Shown one piece after another: positions 40,264 through 51,135 of a DNA stretch of 64,000 nucleotides. The position numbers and the translations under genes are program-made. The stretch is taken from contig OZ244779.1 in assembly GCA_965219575.1 (NCBI GenBank), forward strand, positions 556,769-620,768. Direction: 5' to 3'. Below the pieces are notes generated by a model, which searched no databases, had not been told where the DNA came from, and worked only from the letters and a program-made list of their open reading frames with translations. Each line of letters starts with the position of its first letter. Positions within the stretch are counted from its first letter, which is position 1. The DNA is from Candidatus Oxydemutatoraceae bacterium (GTDB lineage: Bacteria > Pseudomonadota > Gammaproteobacteria > Poriferisulfidales > Oxydemutatoraceae).

Positions 40264-41076
40264 TTATCCGTATCTAGCAAGATAAGGTTTTACGCCTCGG
40301 TATCGCTTAATGGTAAGGAATTTCTGAAAGGCATTTTTTCTAGTTATTAAATTTTGCTCGCTTAATTTTTTTTGAAAAAACTTAAGATTACCGGAAAAGT
40401 TAAAGCCTTGCCAATCTCTGTTTCTTCCTTGTTGCGAGAGCTTTTTATAGTAGTCATAGTTTTCTATAAAAGCCTTGTAACGCTCATAGGATCCATTCAG
40501 AAAATATCTAATGCGGGATATTTCTCTTTCCGGGTATGTTATTAAATCTTCATAGTATATAACCATTTTGTCTCCCTTAAAACGATCGTAGGCAACTATT
40601 AAATCTAAATAATCGAAAGCCATGCCCACAAAATTTATAGTGTCCTCATGTCTACTAATAAGTTCATGATAATCTCTAATTATCAGCAAAATAGCCGATA
40701 CGAAAGTCGTTTTATAAGCCCAATGAGATTTATAAAAAATGAAGGGATTTTTTGGATTTACATGAGCTAAGGGATGTTCTTTGCTAGGGAAAATATTTAG
40801 ATAAATAGGAATATCTTTTGTATTACCTATGCCACCATGAGTAGGGGAATTGGTGAGATATTCGGCTATAAAACGAACCCAATGATTGCCGCTTTGAGGA
40901 GACGACCATAGTGCCCTATGATTGAAGGCAAGGTTACTAGTAAAATAGCCATAGTAATCTATCTTATTCGGATTAGTTAAAAATAAATAAAATAATAAGT
41001 CTGCGATTCTTTTTGAAAAAAATGAGTTACTATCAAATCTATTGAATACAAGTCTATTGAATAATTTGCGAAACAT
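40264..41076 (-). CDS. Sulfotransferase-like protein (AT-rich)
   Basis: SSPQSGNHWVR PAPS loop, KSH, LIIRD and YYEDL..P. Confidence 0.7.
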   Translation of the reverse strand: MFRKLFNRLVFNRFDSNSFFSKRIADLLFYLFLTNPNKIDYYGYFTSNLAFNHRALWSSPQSGNHWVRFIAEYLTNSPTHGGIGNTKDIPIYLNIFPSKEHPLAHVNPKNPFIFYKSHWAYKTTFVSAILLIIRDYHELISRHEDTINFVGMAFDYLDLIVAYDRFKGDKMVIYYEDLITYPEREISRIRYFLNGSYERYKAFIENYDYYKKLSQQGRNRDWQGFNFSGNLKFFQKKLSEQNLITRKNAFQKFLTIKRYRGVKPYLARYG

Positions 41077-41180
41077 GTATAATCCGATAAATAATATTAA
41101 ACATTATTTTAGCATTTATAGGGGAAAGCTATGCGTCATTGTAATGCGCTTAGGTTCTACAAAAAGTTACACCGTTTGTG

Positions 41181-41630
41181 TTATCGCATCTTCTGTAGCC
41201 TGCGCTTTTCCATATCCCAGCTACGGTTGCGTTCAGCCATGCGTTTATCGTATTTATGTTTTCCTTTGCCGATCCCCAGTTGCAGTTTAGCTCGGTTATT
41301 TTTCCAGTGTAGATCCAGCGGTATTAAGGTGTAGCCTTTGCGGGTGAGCTTTCCTTGCAAGCTACGCAGTTCACGGCGGTTGAGTAATAACTTTCGTGTA
41401 CGGGTAGGATTTGCCTGCGCATCGCTTACGCTCGGCAACGGACTGATATGCGCATTGATTAACCACGCCTCGTTATCTTTCAATATCGCATAGCTTTCCT
41501 TTAACTGTATGCGATTGGCTCTTAGACTTTTAACTTCCCAGCCGTCGAGTACGATACCCGCTTCTATACGCTCGTCTATGAAATAGTCCCGTTTTGCTTT
41601 AGGGTTATGTGCCGTTTTGTTAGTTTTCAT
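41181..41630 (-). CDS. smpB: SsrA-binding protein
   Basis: EAGIVL.GWEVKSLR, RTRKLLL and KGKHKYDKR. Confidence 0.97.
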   Translation of the reverse strand: MKTNKTAHNPKAKRDYFIDERIEAGIVLDGWEVKSLRANRIQLKESYAILKDNEAWLINAHISPLPSVSDAQANPTRTRKLLLNRRELRSLQGKLTRKGYTLIPLDLHWKNNRAKLQLGIGKGKHKYDKRMAERNRSWDMEKRRLQKMR

Positions 41631-41684
41631 AGTTCTACTATAATAAGGGTCTACTTTTTATTTGCGGGGGGCATATTCTATACA

Positions 41685-43046
41685 ATGAAAGAAAAAGATA
41701 ACAATTATACACACAGCCAGTGGAGTTCTCGCTTCGTTTTTATTATGGCAGCAACCGGTTTTGCGGTTGGTCTGGGTAATATATGGCGTTTTCCCTATAT
41801 CGCCGGAGAGTATGGCGGTGGTGCGTTCGTATTGCTTTATATATTCTTTATAGTATTGATGGGCTTGCCGGCGATGATGAGCGAAATCATGCTAGGTCGT
41901 CTGGGCAAGCACAACACCATAGATACTTTTACACGTTTTCGCTCCGAATACGGAACCGGTTCATTCTGGAAAGTCATCGGTTTAATGGGGATTATAACGG
42001 GTATCTTGATTCTATCCTTCTATAGCGTAATCGCCGGGTGGGTCTTGTCTTATATATCCTATTCGGTGCAAGGTGTTTTTGAAAATCAATCGGTCGAGGG
42101 TATTGCGAGCATCTTCGATGAACTCACCGCAAACCCCGGTCGTATGATTTTGTGGCACACCTTATTTATGATAATCACCGCAGTCGTATTTATGCGCAAC
42201 ATCAATGCCGGTGTAGGGAGAGTGGTCTCTTATTTTATGCCGTTGCTACTGCTACTGATAATCGCAATGATGATCTACAATGCTTATGAAGCCGATATGG
42301 CACAAGCCATAGACTTTCTTTTTAGATTCAGTTGGGACGACTTCAGTGTCGAGATGGTTATAGTGGCTTTAGGACACGCATTTTTTTCATTAGGTATCGG
42401 CATGGGTGCGGCAATGATATATGGTTCTTATTTACCGGACCGAGTACCGTTATTAAGCACAACCGCTATCATCGCCACAGCCGACACGCTGGTCGCTATT
42501 TTTGCGTCGTTGATGATTTTTCCTATTTTGTTTTCCTTCGGTCTGGAACCTGCAGGAGGACCGGGCTTGATTTTTAAGACTCTTCCTATTGCTTTCTCAC
42601 AAATGCCGGGAGGCGATTTAATAGGATTCACATTTTTCGTACTGCTTTTTATCGCTGCATGGACCTCGGCTTTCTCGTTGTTGGAACCTGCCGTTGCGTG
42701 GCTGATAGAACATACCCGTTGGACACGCGGCCAAGCTGCCGCAGTCGTCGCCGTTTTTATTTGGTTATTGGGCTTTGCCACCGTCTTCTCTTTTAATATA
42801 TGGCAAGAAGTTAAATTGGGAGGAATGACACTGTTTGATTTGCTGGATAAATTCACCGCCAATATCACACTACCCTTAGGCGGGTTGCTGATTGCTCTGT
42901 TTGCCGGTTGGTTTTTGCCTATGGTGGCAAGCAGAGGACAACTTAATTTAGGTTCCGAATCGTATTATCGGATATGGCGATGGAGCGTACGCTATTTTTG
43001 CCCGATCTTGATATTGGCTATTATGATTGCCAGTTGGATAACTTAG
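41685..43046 (+). CDS. Sodium-dependent transporter (NSS/SNF family)
   Basis: AVGLGNIWRFPY, GGGAF and GPGLIF; likely start MKEKD. Confidence 0.93.
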   Translation: MKEKDNNYTHSQWSSRFVFIMAATGFAVGLGNIWRFPYIAGEYGGGAFVLLYIFFIVLMGLPAMMSEIMLGRLGKHNTIDTFTRFRSEYGTGSFWKVIGLMGIITGILILSFYSVIAGWVLSYISYSVQGVFENQSVEGIASIFDELTANPGRMILWHTLFMIITAVVFMRNINAGVGRVVSYFMPLLLLLIIAMMIYNAYEADMAQAIDFLFRFSWDDFSVEMVIVALGHAFFSLGIGMGAAMIYGSYLPDRVPLLSTTAIIATADTLVAIFASLMIFPILFSFGLEPAGGPGLIFKTLPIAFSQMPGGDLIGFTFFVLLFIAAWTSAFSLLEPAVAWLIEHTRWTRGQAAAVVAVFIWLLGFATVFSFNIWQEVKLGGMTLFDLLDKFTANITLPLGGLLIALFAGWFLPMVASRGQLNLGSESYYRIWRWSVRYFCPILILAIMIASWIT

Positions 43047-43053
43047 GTAGTCG

Positions 43054-43497
43054 ATGAGTCGTATTGCACGCGAAGCCATAGTGCCTTACACCTGCCGCCA
43101 AATGTATGATTTAGTCACCGATGTGACAAGCTATCCCGAATTTATTTCATGGTGCGACCGTGTTGATACCGAAACCGTAGACCGAGACTCGATTAAAGTG
43201 CGACTGGGAATACTTTATAAGAAAACCGTAGACTTGTCTTTTACGACGATCAATACCAACACACCCGATCGGTCGGTAGAAATGAAATTGGCAGAAGGTC
43301 CGTTTAGCCGATTGAGCGGTCACTGGTATTTTAATCCCTTGGGAGAACGCGGCTGTAAAATCGTATTTCAATTGGATTACGAATTTAATAAATCTTTGAA
43401 AAACTTGGTAGTCAAACGAGTTTTCAACGAGGTATCGACATCTTTGTTGGATGCTTTTCGCATACGTGCACAGCAAAAATACGGAATACCCGTCTGA
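43054..43497 (+). CDS. ratA: RatA/PasT (Coq10-like START domain) protein
   Basis: MYDLV.DV..YPEF..WC and GPF..L.G.W.F. Confidence 0.92.
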   Translation: MSRIAREAIVPYTCRQMYDLVTDVTSYPEFISWCDRVDTETVDRDSIKVRLGILYKKTVDLSFTTINTNTPDRSVEMKLAEGPFSRLSGHWYFNPLGERGCKIVFQLDYEFNKSLKNLVVKRVFNEVSTSLLDAFRIRAQQKYGIPV

Positions 43498-43771
43498 AGG
43501 GCGGATAGAGATTGTTTATGCCTCGGCGCACAGCCAAAAGGTGGTACACATCGATTTCAAACCTGCGATGCGAGTCGTAGATGCAATCCGCTTATCCGGT
43601 TTATTGAGAGAATTTCCGGAAATCGACACGGCACAAAACGCAGTCGGCATATTCGGTCGTAAAGTATCTTTGAATACAACGCTTAACGCAGGCGATCGCG
43701 TAGAGATTTATCGCCCTCTGGAATGTTCCCCGCAACAAGCCCGTCGCCGTCGTGCCTTCGAGGGCACCTAA
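43451..43771 (+). CDS. ratB: RnfH/RatB ubiquitin-like protein (start uncertain)
   Basis: VGIFG and GDRVEIYRPL...ARRRRA. Confidence 0.9.
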   Translation: MLFAYVHSKNTEYPSEGRIEIVYASAHSQKVVHIDFKPAMRVVDAIRLSGLLREFPEIDTAQNAVGIFGRKVSLNTTLNAGDRVEIYRPLECSPQQARRRRAFEGT

Positions 43772-44178
43772 TTTCTATCGGTTTTTCCGGATTTATTTTC
43801 AATGAGATTTTTCGTTTTACGAAAACGCTCTATGCGGTCGCCGTCGAAGAACAATGTCAGACGATAAAATTCTATTTCTGCACTTGAGACATTGTTGTAA
43901 TAAATATAGTCCCAGCGGTCGTCGTGAAAAACAGTCGGCAACACCGGTTCCCCCAACAGATAGACCACCTGATTTTTATTCATGCCCATTTTTATTTGCG
44001 CAACCTTTGATTGCTCTAATATATTGCCTTGTGTAATCTCAATTCTATAGAGTCTATAAGTGTCGGGATTGAATAAGCGGGTAAAAAAACCGGTTGACTC
44101 CTCGCCTATTTGGCTGCCGCAAGAACAAAGCGATATACTCAAAATTGCGATAATTAACTTAAAATTTGGTTTGCCCAT
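43768..44178 (-). CDS. bamE: Outer-membrane protein assembly factor BamE
   Basis: Lipobox, I.QGN, GM.K.QV..LLG.P and RWDYIY. Confidence 0.93.
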   Translation of the reverse strand: MGKPNFKLIIAILSISLCSCGSQIGEESTGFFTRLFNPDTYRLYRIEITQGNILEQSKVAQIKMGMNKNQVVYLLGEPVLPTVFHDDRWDYIYYNNVSSAEIEFYRLTLFFDGDRIERFRKTKNLIENKSGKTDRN

Positions 44179-44218
44179 TGCACAATGATAATATAAATGG
44201 CTTAAATCGGTAAATGAT

Positions 44219-44656
44219 ATGAATCAGCAAGATATAAAACGTGCCGGACTTAAGGTTACGGTACCGCGAATCAAAATACTGGAAATCATGGAAGGCGCGG
44301 ACTCTCGGCATGTAACCGCCGAACACATACATCGCAAGCTAACCCTGAAGGGAGAGAATGTCGGTTTGGCAACCATCTACAATGTGCTTGCCCAATTCGA
44401 AGCATCCGGACTGATACTACGCCGCTATCTGAAGAGGGGACAAGCCTGTTACGAGATTAACCGAGGCGAACATCACGACCATATGGTTTGTACCCAGTGC
44501 GGTAGAATCGTCGAATTCGTCGATCAAACGATAGAAAAACGCCAAGACGCTATTGCCAAGAAATACGGTTTTACACTCAACGACCATTCTTTGGTGATGT
44601 ATGTCGATTGCAACGCAAAAAATTGTAAACATCTAAGCAATAGAACCGCCGATTGA
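44219..44656 (+). CDS. fur: Ferric uptake regulator
   Basis: AGLKVT.PR, GLATIY and HHDHMVC..CG; divergent from bamE. Confidence 0.96.
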   Translation: MNQQDIKRAGLKVTVPRIKILEIMEGADSRHVTAEHIHRKLTLKGENVGLATIYNVLAQFEASGLILRRYLKRGQACYEINRGEHHDHMVCTQCGRIVEFVDQTIEKRQDAIAKKYGFTLNDHSLVMYVDCNAKNCKHLSNRTAD

Positions 44657-45045
44657 GCCGGTAGGTCAATCGGCGTAACATTGTGCAGAAACTTAGCATG
44701 GGTATGTAGGGCGGACCATTCCCCTCCTGTGGAGGGGTGGCAGGCGCAGCCTGACGGGGTGGTTGTGTCGTCGGGCTGTTGAAAAAGTGCGGCATCGTAC
44801 GAATCCAATCACTTGCGCCATTTTGTTTTGGTTTCCATAAATTGGATGGATGAATGTATAAATCATGTAGGCACAACGCGTTACGGGCGGACATGTTAGT
44901 CCGCCCCTACAGGTGGGTTGGATAATTATGCGGCGCAAGCGGTTACGGTTTTGCAGAACAGTATTTTTTCAACAGTCCCGTCGTATTTGCACTATTTTAT
45001 ACATTCATCCATTTGATCTATGGGAACCATTATTTGTTAGCGCAG
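44640..45045. mobile_element. Repeat locus 11: D + A + MITE-like element (44773-44979) + partial internal module
   Basis: The A+MITE block is nearly identical to 20404-20620. Confidence 0.85.
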
Positions 45046-45092
45046 GGTGGTTGGTGCTGCGCATAACAGTACTCAAGAGGAATGGTCGGACC

Positions 45093-46769
45093 CTACCGGG
45101 TATGCGCTTCGAGCATCTGTCGGGCATGCGCTAGCGATTGCTTGCTGATTTTTGTGCCTGCTATCATTCGCGCAAGTTCTTGCAATCTGGGTTGTTTGTC
45201 TAGTTTGCTCAGTGATACCGATGTGGTTTTGTCTTCGGTGTTTTTCTGCACATAAAAGTGATGGTCTGCTTGACTTGCGATTTGAGCTAGATGGGTGATG
45301 CAAAATACTTGTGCTTGGGTGGATAACTTTCTCAGCAGGCGACCGACAATTTCTGCGGTAGCACCGCCGACCCCGCTATCCACCTCATCGAATATAAGCA
45401 CCGGCATCATGCGCTGATTAGAAAGCGCAACCTGCAATGCCAAGCTGATACGGGATCGCTCCCCACCCGATGCCGCTTTTGCCAAGCTCTGTAATTTTTG
45501 TCCGGGATTGGCACACAGCATATATTCAATGCGCTCAATACCGCTCGGTGTAGGGTCGGAGGAATCCGAGGCACTGAAGTTTATTTTGAATTGTGCTTGC
45601 GGCATATTCAGTTGTTTTAGCAGTTTCAATACCTCTTTTTCCAGTATTCGTGCGGATTGTTTTCGGGTGTGGCTCACCTTGCCGGCAATTTTTTTATAAT
45701 CTTCTTCCAGTACCGACTTTCTGCTCCGGAGTTGCTCTATACTTTGCTCGGGATCATCCAATGCCTTTAACTCGGCGCGTGTTTGTTCCAATTTCTCGGG
45801 TAATAGTTCGGCGCGTGTTTTATATTTGCGGGCGAGTTCTGTCAAAGTAGCAAGCCGTTTTTCCAATGCTTCAAAATCGCCTTGCGCCGTATCTATGTGG
45901 TCTAGATATTGTCCGATCTCGTGTGCTGCGTTATTGCTATGTTCAAGGGCACTGTCAATCAATCCGGCGATCTCTCGTAAATTGGGATCTATGTCGCCCA
46001 AAGAACGAAGTTCGTTATATGCAACACCTAACAGGCGTATTGCGTTTTGTTCGGCTTCGGTATCCAAAGCACCGTATGCCGTAGAAAGTGCCTGCTTGAG
46101 TTTTTCCTTTTGTGACAGTACTCGATGTTCTTGCTCTATCTGTTCAAACTCACCCGACTTAAGTTCCGCCTGTGCTAATTCTTCGCATTGCTGCAATAAC
46201 CATCGGTGCTTGATTTCCGTCTCTTGCGATTGTTGTTGTTTATCGTTTAGTTGATCGGCAATCGTTTTCCATTGCTTATAGATCGTTTGCATTTCTGCCA
46301 ACTGCGGTTGATGGTCGCTGTAGAGGTCTAATAAAGCCAAATGGCGAGAACGATCCAATAGCTGTTGCTGATTATTTTGACCGACCACATCTATCAATAG
46401 TGCGGTGAATTCTCTCAGCTGTTCCAAGGTTGAAAGTGCCCCGTTGATGAATGCTTGAGAACGACCCTCGACATTGATGACTCTTCTGATAATGCAGTCG
46501 TTGCCTTCGCTTTCCATGCTTCGCTCTTCTAGCCATCGGGCTGCAACCGGCTGCTCGCAGAGATCCACACCGATACTTACCGAGAGTTTATCGGCACCGG
46601 GCCGCACCAAATGACTTTGTGCGCGACGACCCAAAGCGAGTTCCAATGCATCTATCAGTATAGACTTGCCGGTGCCGGTTTCGCCGGTCAAAACCGTCAT
46701 GCCGCGTTCAAAATAAACTTCTATCCGTTCTACGATTAAGAAATTCTCTATCGTTAATGCGCTTAGCAT
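45093..46769 (-). CDS. recN: DNA repair protein RecN
   Basis: LTGETGTGKS, ASGGE, FDEVDSG and ITHLAQIA; likely start MLSAL. Confidence 0.96.
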   Translation of the reverse strand: MLSALTIENFLIVERIEVYFERGMTVLTGETGTGKSILIDALELALGRRAQSHLVRPGADKLSVSIGVDLCEQPVAARWLEERSMESEGNDCIIRRVINVEGRSQAFINGALSTLEQLREFTALLIDVVGQNNQQQLLDRSRHLALLDLYSDHQPQLAEMQTIYKQWKTIADQLNDKQQQSQETEIKHRWLLQQCEELAQAELKSGEFEQIEQEHRVLSQKEKLKQALSTAYGALDTEAEQNAIRLLGVAYNELRSLGDIDPNLREIAGLIDSALEHSNNAAHEIGQYLDHIDTAQGDFEALEKRLATLTELARKYKTRAELLPEKLEQTRAELKALDDPEQSIEQLRSRKSVLEEDYKKIAGKVSHTRKQSARILEKEVLKLLKQLNMPQAQFKINFSASDSSDPTPSGIERIEYMLCANPGQKLQSLAKAASGGERSRISLALQVALSNQRMMPVLIFDEVDSGVGGATAEIVGRLLRKLSTQAQVFCITHLAQIASQADHHFYVQKNTEDKTTSVSLSKLDKQPRLQELARMIAGTKISKQSLAHARQMLEAHTR

Positions 46770-46773
46770 CAAT

Positions 46774-47664
46774 CTAAGGTTTGGCACTCCACATGAGCTT
46801 ATTTCTCAGTGTGGTGAAATAGTCGTGTTCCAATGTTTGTATCAATTTTAGTGTACCGGGAAAGCGTCTGATAGCAATTTCACTACCGGTTTCGAGGTTG
46901 CGGGTTATCTGACCGTCTATAGCCACGACCGCATCGCTTTGGTACCTCTCGGTCACCGAAACTTCTATAACTTTCCTCGAGTCTACGACCAGTGGTCTTT
47001 GGCTTAGTGTATGCGGACAAATAGGCACCAATAGTATCGCTTCCATAGTCGGTTCCAACAACGGCCCGCCGCTCGCCAAAGCATAGGCGGTAGAACCCGT
47101 GGGTGTAGAAATAATAAGTCCGTCGCCGTGTATGGTGTTCAGATAAACATTGTCTACTTGGGTATTTAATTCGAGCATCCGCACGGTGTTTTTATTACGT
47201 ACTGCAACATCGTTGCAAGCGATAAAGTTTTCGGTGCCACCCTCGCTACCGTGCAACATTACTTCGAGCATAATTCTTTCTTCCATGCGATAGTCTCCTT
47301 CAAAGATAGCATCCAGCCGGTTGTGAAAATCGTCCGGCGATATCTCGACGAGAAATCCCAATCGCCCCAAGTTGATACCGATGATAGGAATATCGTGTTC
47401 GCTACATATATGGCTCGCTTGTAATAAAGTACCGTCGCCCCCTATGGAGAAAGCGAGTTCGCACTGTTGCCTGAATTCTTCGGTGGATACAAACCTTATG
47501 CTTTTGTTATCGGGCGCAATAGCTTTATCCTCTTCCCTTACGACTATAGAATCGAAACGTTGCAACAGATAATCGCTCAAATGTGCTGCCACCGCCTGCG
47601 TTTTGCTACGCTCGCTATATTTCAGAATCAAGCCGGCGCATTTAATATCTTCGATGTTTTTCAT
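46774..47664 (-). CDS. nadK: NAD(+) kinase
   Basis: GGDGT, GINLGRLGFL and STPTGSTAY. Confidence 0.96.
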   Translation of the reverse strand: MKNIEDIKCAGLILKYSERSKTQAVAAHLSDYLLQRFDSIVVREEDKAIAPDNKSIRFVSTEEFRQQCELAFSIGGDGTLLQASHICSEHDIPIIGINLGRLGFLVEISPDDFHNRLDAIFEGDYRMEERIMLEVMLHGSEGGTENFIACNDVAVRNKNTVRMLELNTQVDNVYLNTIHGDGLIISTPTGSTAYALASGGPLLEPTMEAILLVPICPHTLSQRPLVVDSRKVIEVSVTERYQSDAVVAIDGQITRNLETGSEIAIRRFPGTLKLIQTLEHDYFTTLRNKLMWSAKP

Positions 47665-47763
47665 TCGTATACGGAGTAAGATGAATTAATGTTGCTTATT
47701 ATAAAGGTATATCAACCTAAAGTAGAGGAGAATAGAACGACACTGTACTTGTGCGGATACGCC

Positions 47764-48150
47764 GGGGCTGTTGAAAAAGTATTGGCGCTGCATAAATCCA
47801 ACCGCTTGCGCCACATAATTATCCAACCCACCTGTAGGGGCAGACCTGTGTGTCTGCCCTTAAGTGCCGTTCTGCACAGCCGTAACCGCTTGCGCCGTAT
47901 GGTTTTGGTTTCCATAAATCGGGTGAATGAATGTATAAATCGTGCCAACCAGCGCGTTACGGGCGGACATGCAAGTCCGCCCCTACCACTCTATGGAATA
48001 CTTTTTCAACAGCCCCACGCCACAACCACTCCATGGAAAGGTTTTACAGTTTGTATATATGCTAGGGTTTTGCACAATGTCACGCCGATTGACCTACTGG
48101 CTCAATCGGCGGTTCTATTGCGCCTGCCATCCTTTCACAAGAGGGTAGTA
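47764..48150. mobile_element. Repeat locus 12: MITE-like element (47764-48016) + D + degenerate A
   Basis: TIR pair and inverted REP pair; gccgattgacctactggctcaatcggc. Confidence 0.85.
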
Positions 48151-48265
48151 ACTCTCGCCATAGGACATTAGAAGCAACTGGTACCACAAAGTAGTATAAA
48201 ATTGCTTTATTGATTTGTACGCACCACACCGAGAAACCGATACCCGTATTATTTACATGACATAG

Positions 48266-49126
48266 ATGAATATCAGATTTACGAAAATGCACGGTTGCGG
48301 CAATGATTTTATGCTAATCAACGGCTGCGAATATTCTCCCCCGTTTGCCGTGGATGAAGAATCCATTCGCCGATGGGCGGATCGCCGTACCGGTATCGGC
48401 TTCGATCAACTATTAGTAATAGATAATCCTTCACAATCGGGTACTGATTTCGATTATCGCGTCTACAATGCCGACGGTGGCGAATCGGCTCAATGCGGTA
48501 ACGGTGCGCGGTGTGTAGCTCGCTTTGTTACCGAAAAGGGTTTGACCGATAAGAAAACGATACGGGTGCGCACGGCGGAGCGCATCATAGAGATCACCGT
48601 CCAAGACGACAATAACATTGCGGTTGATATGGGTGCGGCGGTATTCGACCCCGAGCGTATCCCGTTTAATCCCGGCGGATTGGTTGCGGTCGGTGAACGG
48701 ATAGAAGAGAAAATGTACACGGTTAAACTTCCCATACTAGATGTGTGTTTCGGAACCGTATCGTTCGGCAATCCGCATGCGGTCATCAAAGTCGAAAATA
48801 TAAAGGCGGTACCGATTGCCGAGATTGGTGTGGCTTTACAAACGCATCGCTGTTTTCCGGCCGGCGTCAATGTGTCTTTCGTGGAAGTACGAGACGATGT
48901 TCTGCACGCACGGATCTACGAACGCGGGGTAGGTGAAACTCAATCGTGCGGAAGCGGTGCTTGTGCGGTTGCGGTGATTGCTCGTAGCCGACGATGGGTT
49001 TCTCAAACTCTTGATTCGGTGCCGGTACGATTATCCGGAGGTTTGTTGAACATACGATTTGAGAAGGATAGAATTACACTGGTAGGACCGGCGGAATCGG
49101 TGTTCGAGGGTCGTATTAAGATATAG
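48266..49126 (+). CDS. dapF: Diaminopimelate epimerase
   Basis: FTKMHGCGNDF, CGNGARC, GNPHAV and ERGVGET.SCGSG. Confidence 0.97.
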   Translation: MNIRFTKMHGCGNDFMLINGCEYSPPFAVDEESIRRWADRRTGIGFDQLLVIDNPSQSGTDFDYRVYNADGGESAQCGNGARCVARFVTEKGLTDKKTIRVRTAERIIEITVQDDNNIAVDMGAAVFDPERIPFNPGGLVAVGERIEEKMYTVKLPILDVCFGTVSFGNPHAVIKVENIKAVPIAEIGVALQTHRCFPAGVNVSFVEVRDDVLHARIYERGVGETQSCGSGACAVAVIARSRRWVSQTLDSVPVRLSGGLLNIRFEKDRITLVGPAESVFEGRIKI

Positions 49127-49129
49127 CTT

Positions 49130-49852
49130 ATGTCAACAAAGGATAAAACTACAAGTATAGACGAACAACAGGTCGTAGACTTTCTAACTCGACATACTAA
49201 TTTTTTCAACGAGTACCCCGAGTTATTGCTCAAGCTATCATTGCCGTACAAAGACGGCAAGGTGTTATCTCTATCTCAAAAGCAAGCAGAAGTTTTACGA
49301 ACCGAAGCCGCCTCGATACAAAAAAAGTATTCCCAACTAGAGCAGGAAATCACGACACAAATAGATATCGTCAAGGAAAACGAGCGGCTTAGCATTTGTT
49401 TACATCGCTTGTCGCTAAAATTACTTCATAAACGAGAAATTGAACCCATCGTCTCCGAGACGATAAAAACATTGAGAGCACAATTTCCCTCCAATCAGAT
49501 CATTATTAGTCTATTGCCGCCGTACTCTAATTCATCTAAAACAGCACGCACACTCGATACTAAAGACCCGATATTGAAGACACTGCTCACATCGGTATTT
49601 AAGATCAATAAACCCGATTGCGGCCCGTTCGGTAGCGCAGTTCAAAAAGCACTATTCGGAAACTTCGCGCAACGCATACGCTCGTCTGTCGTCATGCCGT
49701 TGAGATTCCATAATCAAAAGTTAGGGCTTTTATTGTTCGGCAGTCCTCGCCCCGATGTCTATGTCCCCGGTCAAAGCACAATGCTATTGGTGCAGTACGG
49801 TGAATTGATCGCAACGGCAATCGCAGCTTGTGCAGAAACACGAAAGGATTGA
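49130..49852 (+). CDS. DUF484 (YigA-like) protein
   Basis: V..FL..H..FF..YPELL motif; conserved position between dapF and xerC. Confidence 0.85.
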   Translation: MSTKDKTTSIDEQQVVDFLTRHTNFFNEYPELLLKLSLPYKDGKVLSLSQKQAEVLRTEAASIQKKYSQLEQEITTQIDIVKENERLSICLHRLSLKLLHKREIEPIVSETIKTLRAQFPSNQIIISLLPPYSNSSKTARTLDTKDPILKTLLTSVFKINKPDCGPFGSAVQKALFGNFAQRIRSSVVMPLRFHNQKLGLLLFGSPRPDVYVPGQSTMLLVQYGELIATAIAACAETRKD

Positions 49853-50781
49853 TGGACGACCCTATCCGAGCGTGCGAGCAGTTTCTTAAGGTATTAAAAG
49901 CCGAGCGAAACTATTCGGATCATACTATCGGTAATTACCGTCGTGACATTCTACGCTTCCTGAAGTATATCTCGGAAATCGGCGCAGACTGGGGCAAACT
50001 GGAGGAGACACAGGTATTAAACTATCTCTCGTCTCGTCATACTTCCGGTATCAAGGGTAAGACACTCGCCCGGGAGTTATCGTCGCTGCGACACTTTTTT
50101 AGATATTGCATAGCGCAAGACTACCACTGTAATTATCCGTTCGACGGCATCAAAGCACCTTTAGATCAGAAGAAATTGCCGAACACATTGAGTGTCGACC
50201 AAGTCTCTCAATTACTCGATCGAGAGCAGAGCAACTGCTCACCGTTGCTGATTAGAGATATAGCGATTATGGAATTGATCTATTCATCGGGCTTGCGCTT
50301 GTCCGAACTGGTCTCGGTGGATTTGGATAGCATCGATACCGGCAACCGAATGATCCGCGTGATGGGAAAAGGTAGCAAAGAGCGCGAGATACCGGTCGGC
50401 GGTCGTGCGATTAGAGCGATTGAAAGATGGCTAACAATACGCCGAACGATGAGTTGTAGTGGCGAGAGGGCTCTATTTTTGAGTCGCAACGGAAAACGCC
50501 TGAGTGCGCGCAATGTGCAGTTGCGCCTCAAGCAGTACGCGCAATCTCAAGGGATGCAGCAACATCTGCACCCCCACAAACTTCGCCATTCTTTCGCAAC
50601 GCATATTCTTGAATCGTCGGGTGATTTGCGCGCCGTGCAGGAACTATTGGGACACGCCGATATCGGTACGACACAAATATATACGCACTTAGATTTTCAA
50701 CACCTTGCGAAAGTCTACGACCAAGCGCACCCGCGCGCGCACAAACAACGCAGTAAAAATAAAAAGAGCAAAGAATACTGA
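49852..50781 (+). CDS. xerC: Tyrosine recombinase XerC
   Basis: [28 protein letters not shown] and QELLGH..TTQIY. Confidence 0.95.
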   Translation: MDDPIRACEQFLKVLKAERNYSDHTIGNYRRDILRFLKYISEIGADWGKLEETQVLNYLSSRHTSGIKGKTLARELSSLRHFFRYCIAQDYHCNYPFDGIKAPLDQKKLPNTLSVDQVSQLLDREQSNCSPLLIRDIAIMELIYSSGLRLSELVSVDLDSIDTGNRMIRVMGKGSKEREIPVGGRAIRAIERWLTIRRTMSCSGERALFLSRNGKRLSARNVQLRLKQYAQSQGMQQHLHPHKLRHSFATHILESSGDLRAVQELLGHADIGTTQIYTHLDFQHLAKVYDQAHPRAHKQRSKNKKSKEY

Positions 50782-50793
50782 AATCAAGTATAT

Positions 50794-51135
50794 CTATTTA
50801 GGTTTATAACCGGCGGTGGCTTCATTGACGGATGCCCGCTTAGGGTCGAAAACAACATACTTTTCCTTGATGACTTTCTTAAAATCATCCGATATGCTTT
50901 GCCAATCTAAAATATCTACTTTGAAAGGAAGATCCGATTCTTCAAAGTCAAATTTAAGCAAGTTCATAACCTGCAAAGGTATTTTGTTTTGTGAAACGAT
51001 GGCTAAGTCAAGGTCGGAACTATTATTGGCGGTCTGCTTTACGCGCGAACCGAATACCCAAACCGTTGCATCGGGAACATGCTTTTTAAGAATACGCCGA
51101 ACAATTTCCTCGTGGTGGGGACGCAGGCTAATCAT
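50794..51135 (-). CDS. Minimal nucleotidyltransferase (MNT) antitoxin
   Basis: VFGSR, SDLDL and LPFKVD motifs. Confidence 0.9.
   Translation of the reverse strand: MISLRPHHEEIVRRILKKHVPDATVWVFGSRVKQTANNSSDLDLAIVSQNKIPLQVMNLLKFDFEESDLPFKVDILDWQSISDDFKKVIKEKYVVFDPKRASVNEATAGYKPK

Noticed and set aside
43054-43771. RatAB as a novel toxin-antitoxin system
   Set aside because: It is a conserved smpB-ratA-ratB-bamE housekeeping locus.
44178-44200. Fur box upstream of fur/bamE
   Set aside because: Only a half-site (aatgataat) in AT-rich DNA; insufficient support.
49852-50781. Tyrosine recombinase as a phage or integron integrase for the repeat system
   Set aside because: Its dapF-DUF484-xerC context and motifs indicate housekeeping XerC; no integron-integrase insertion is visible.
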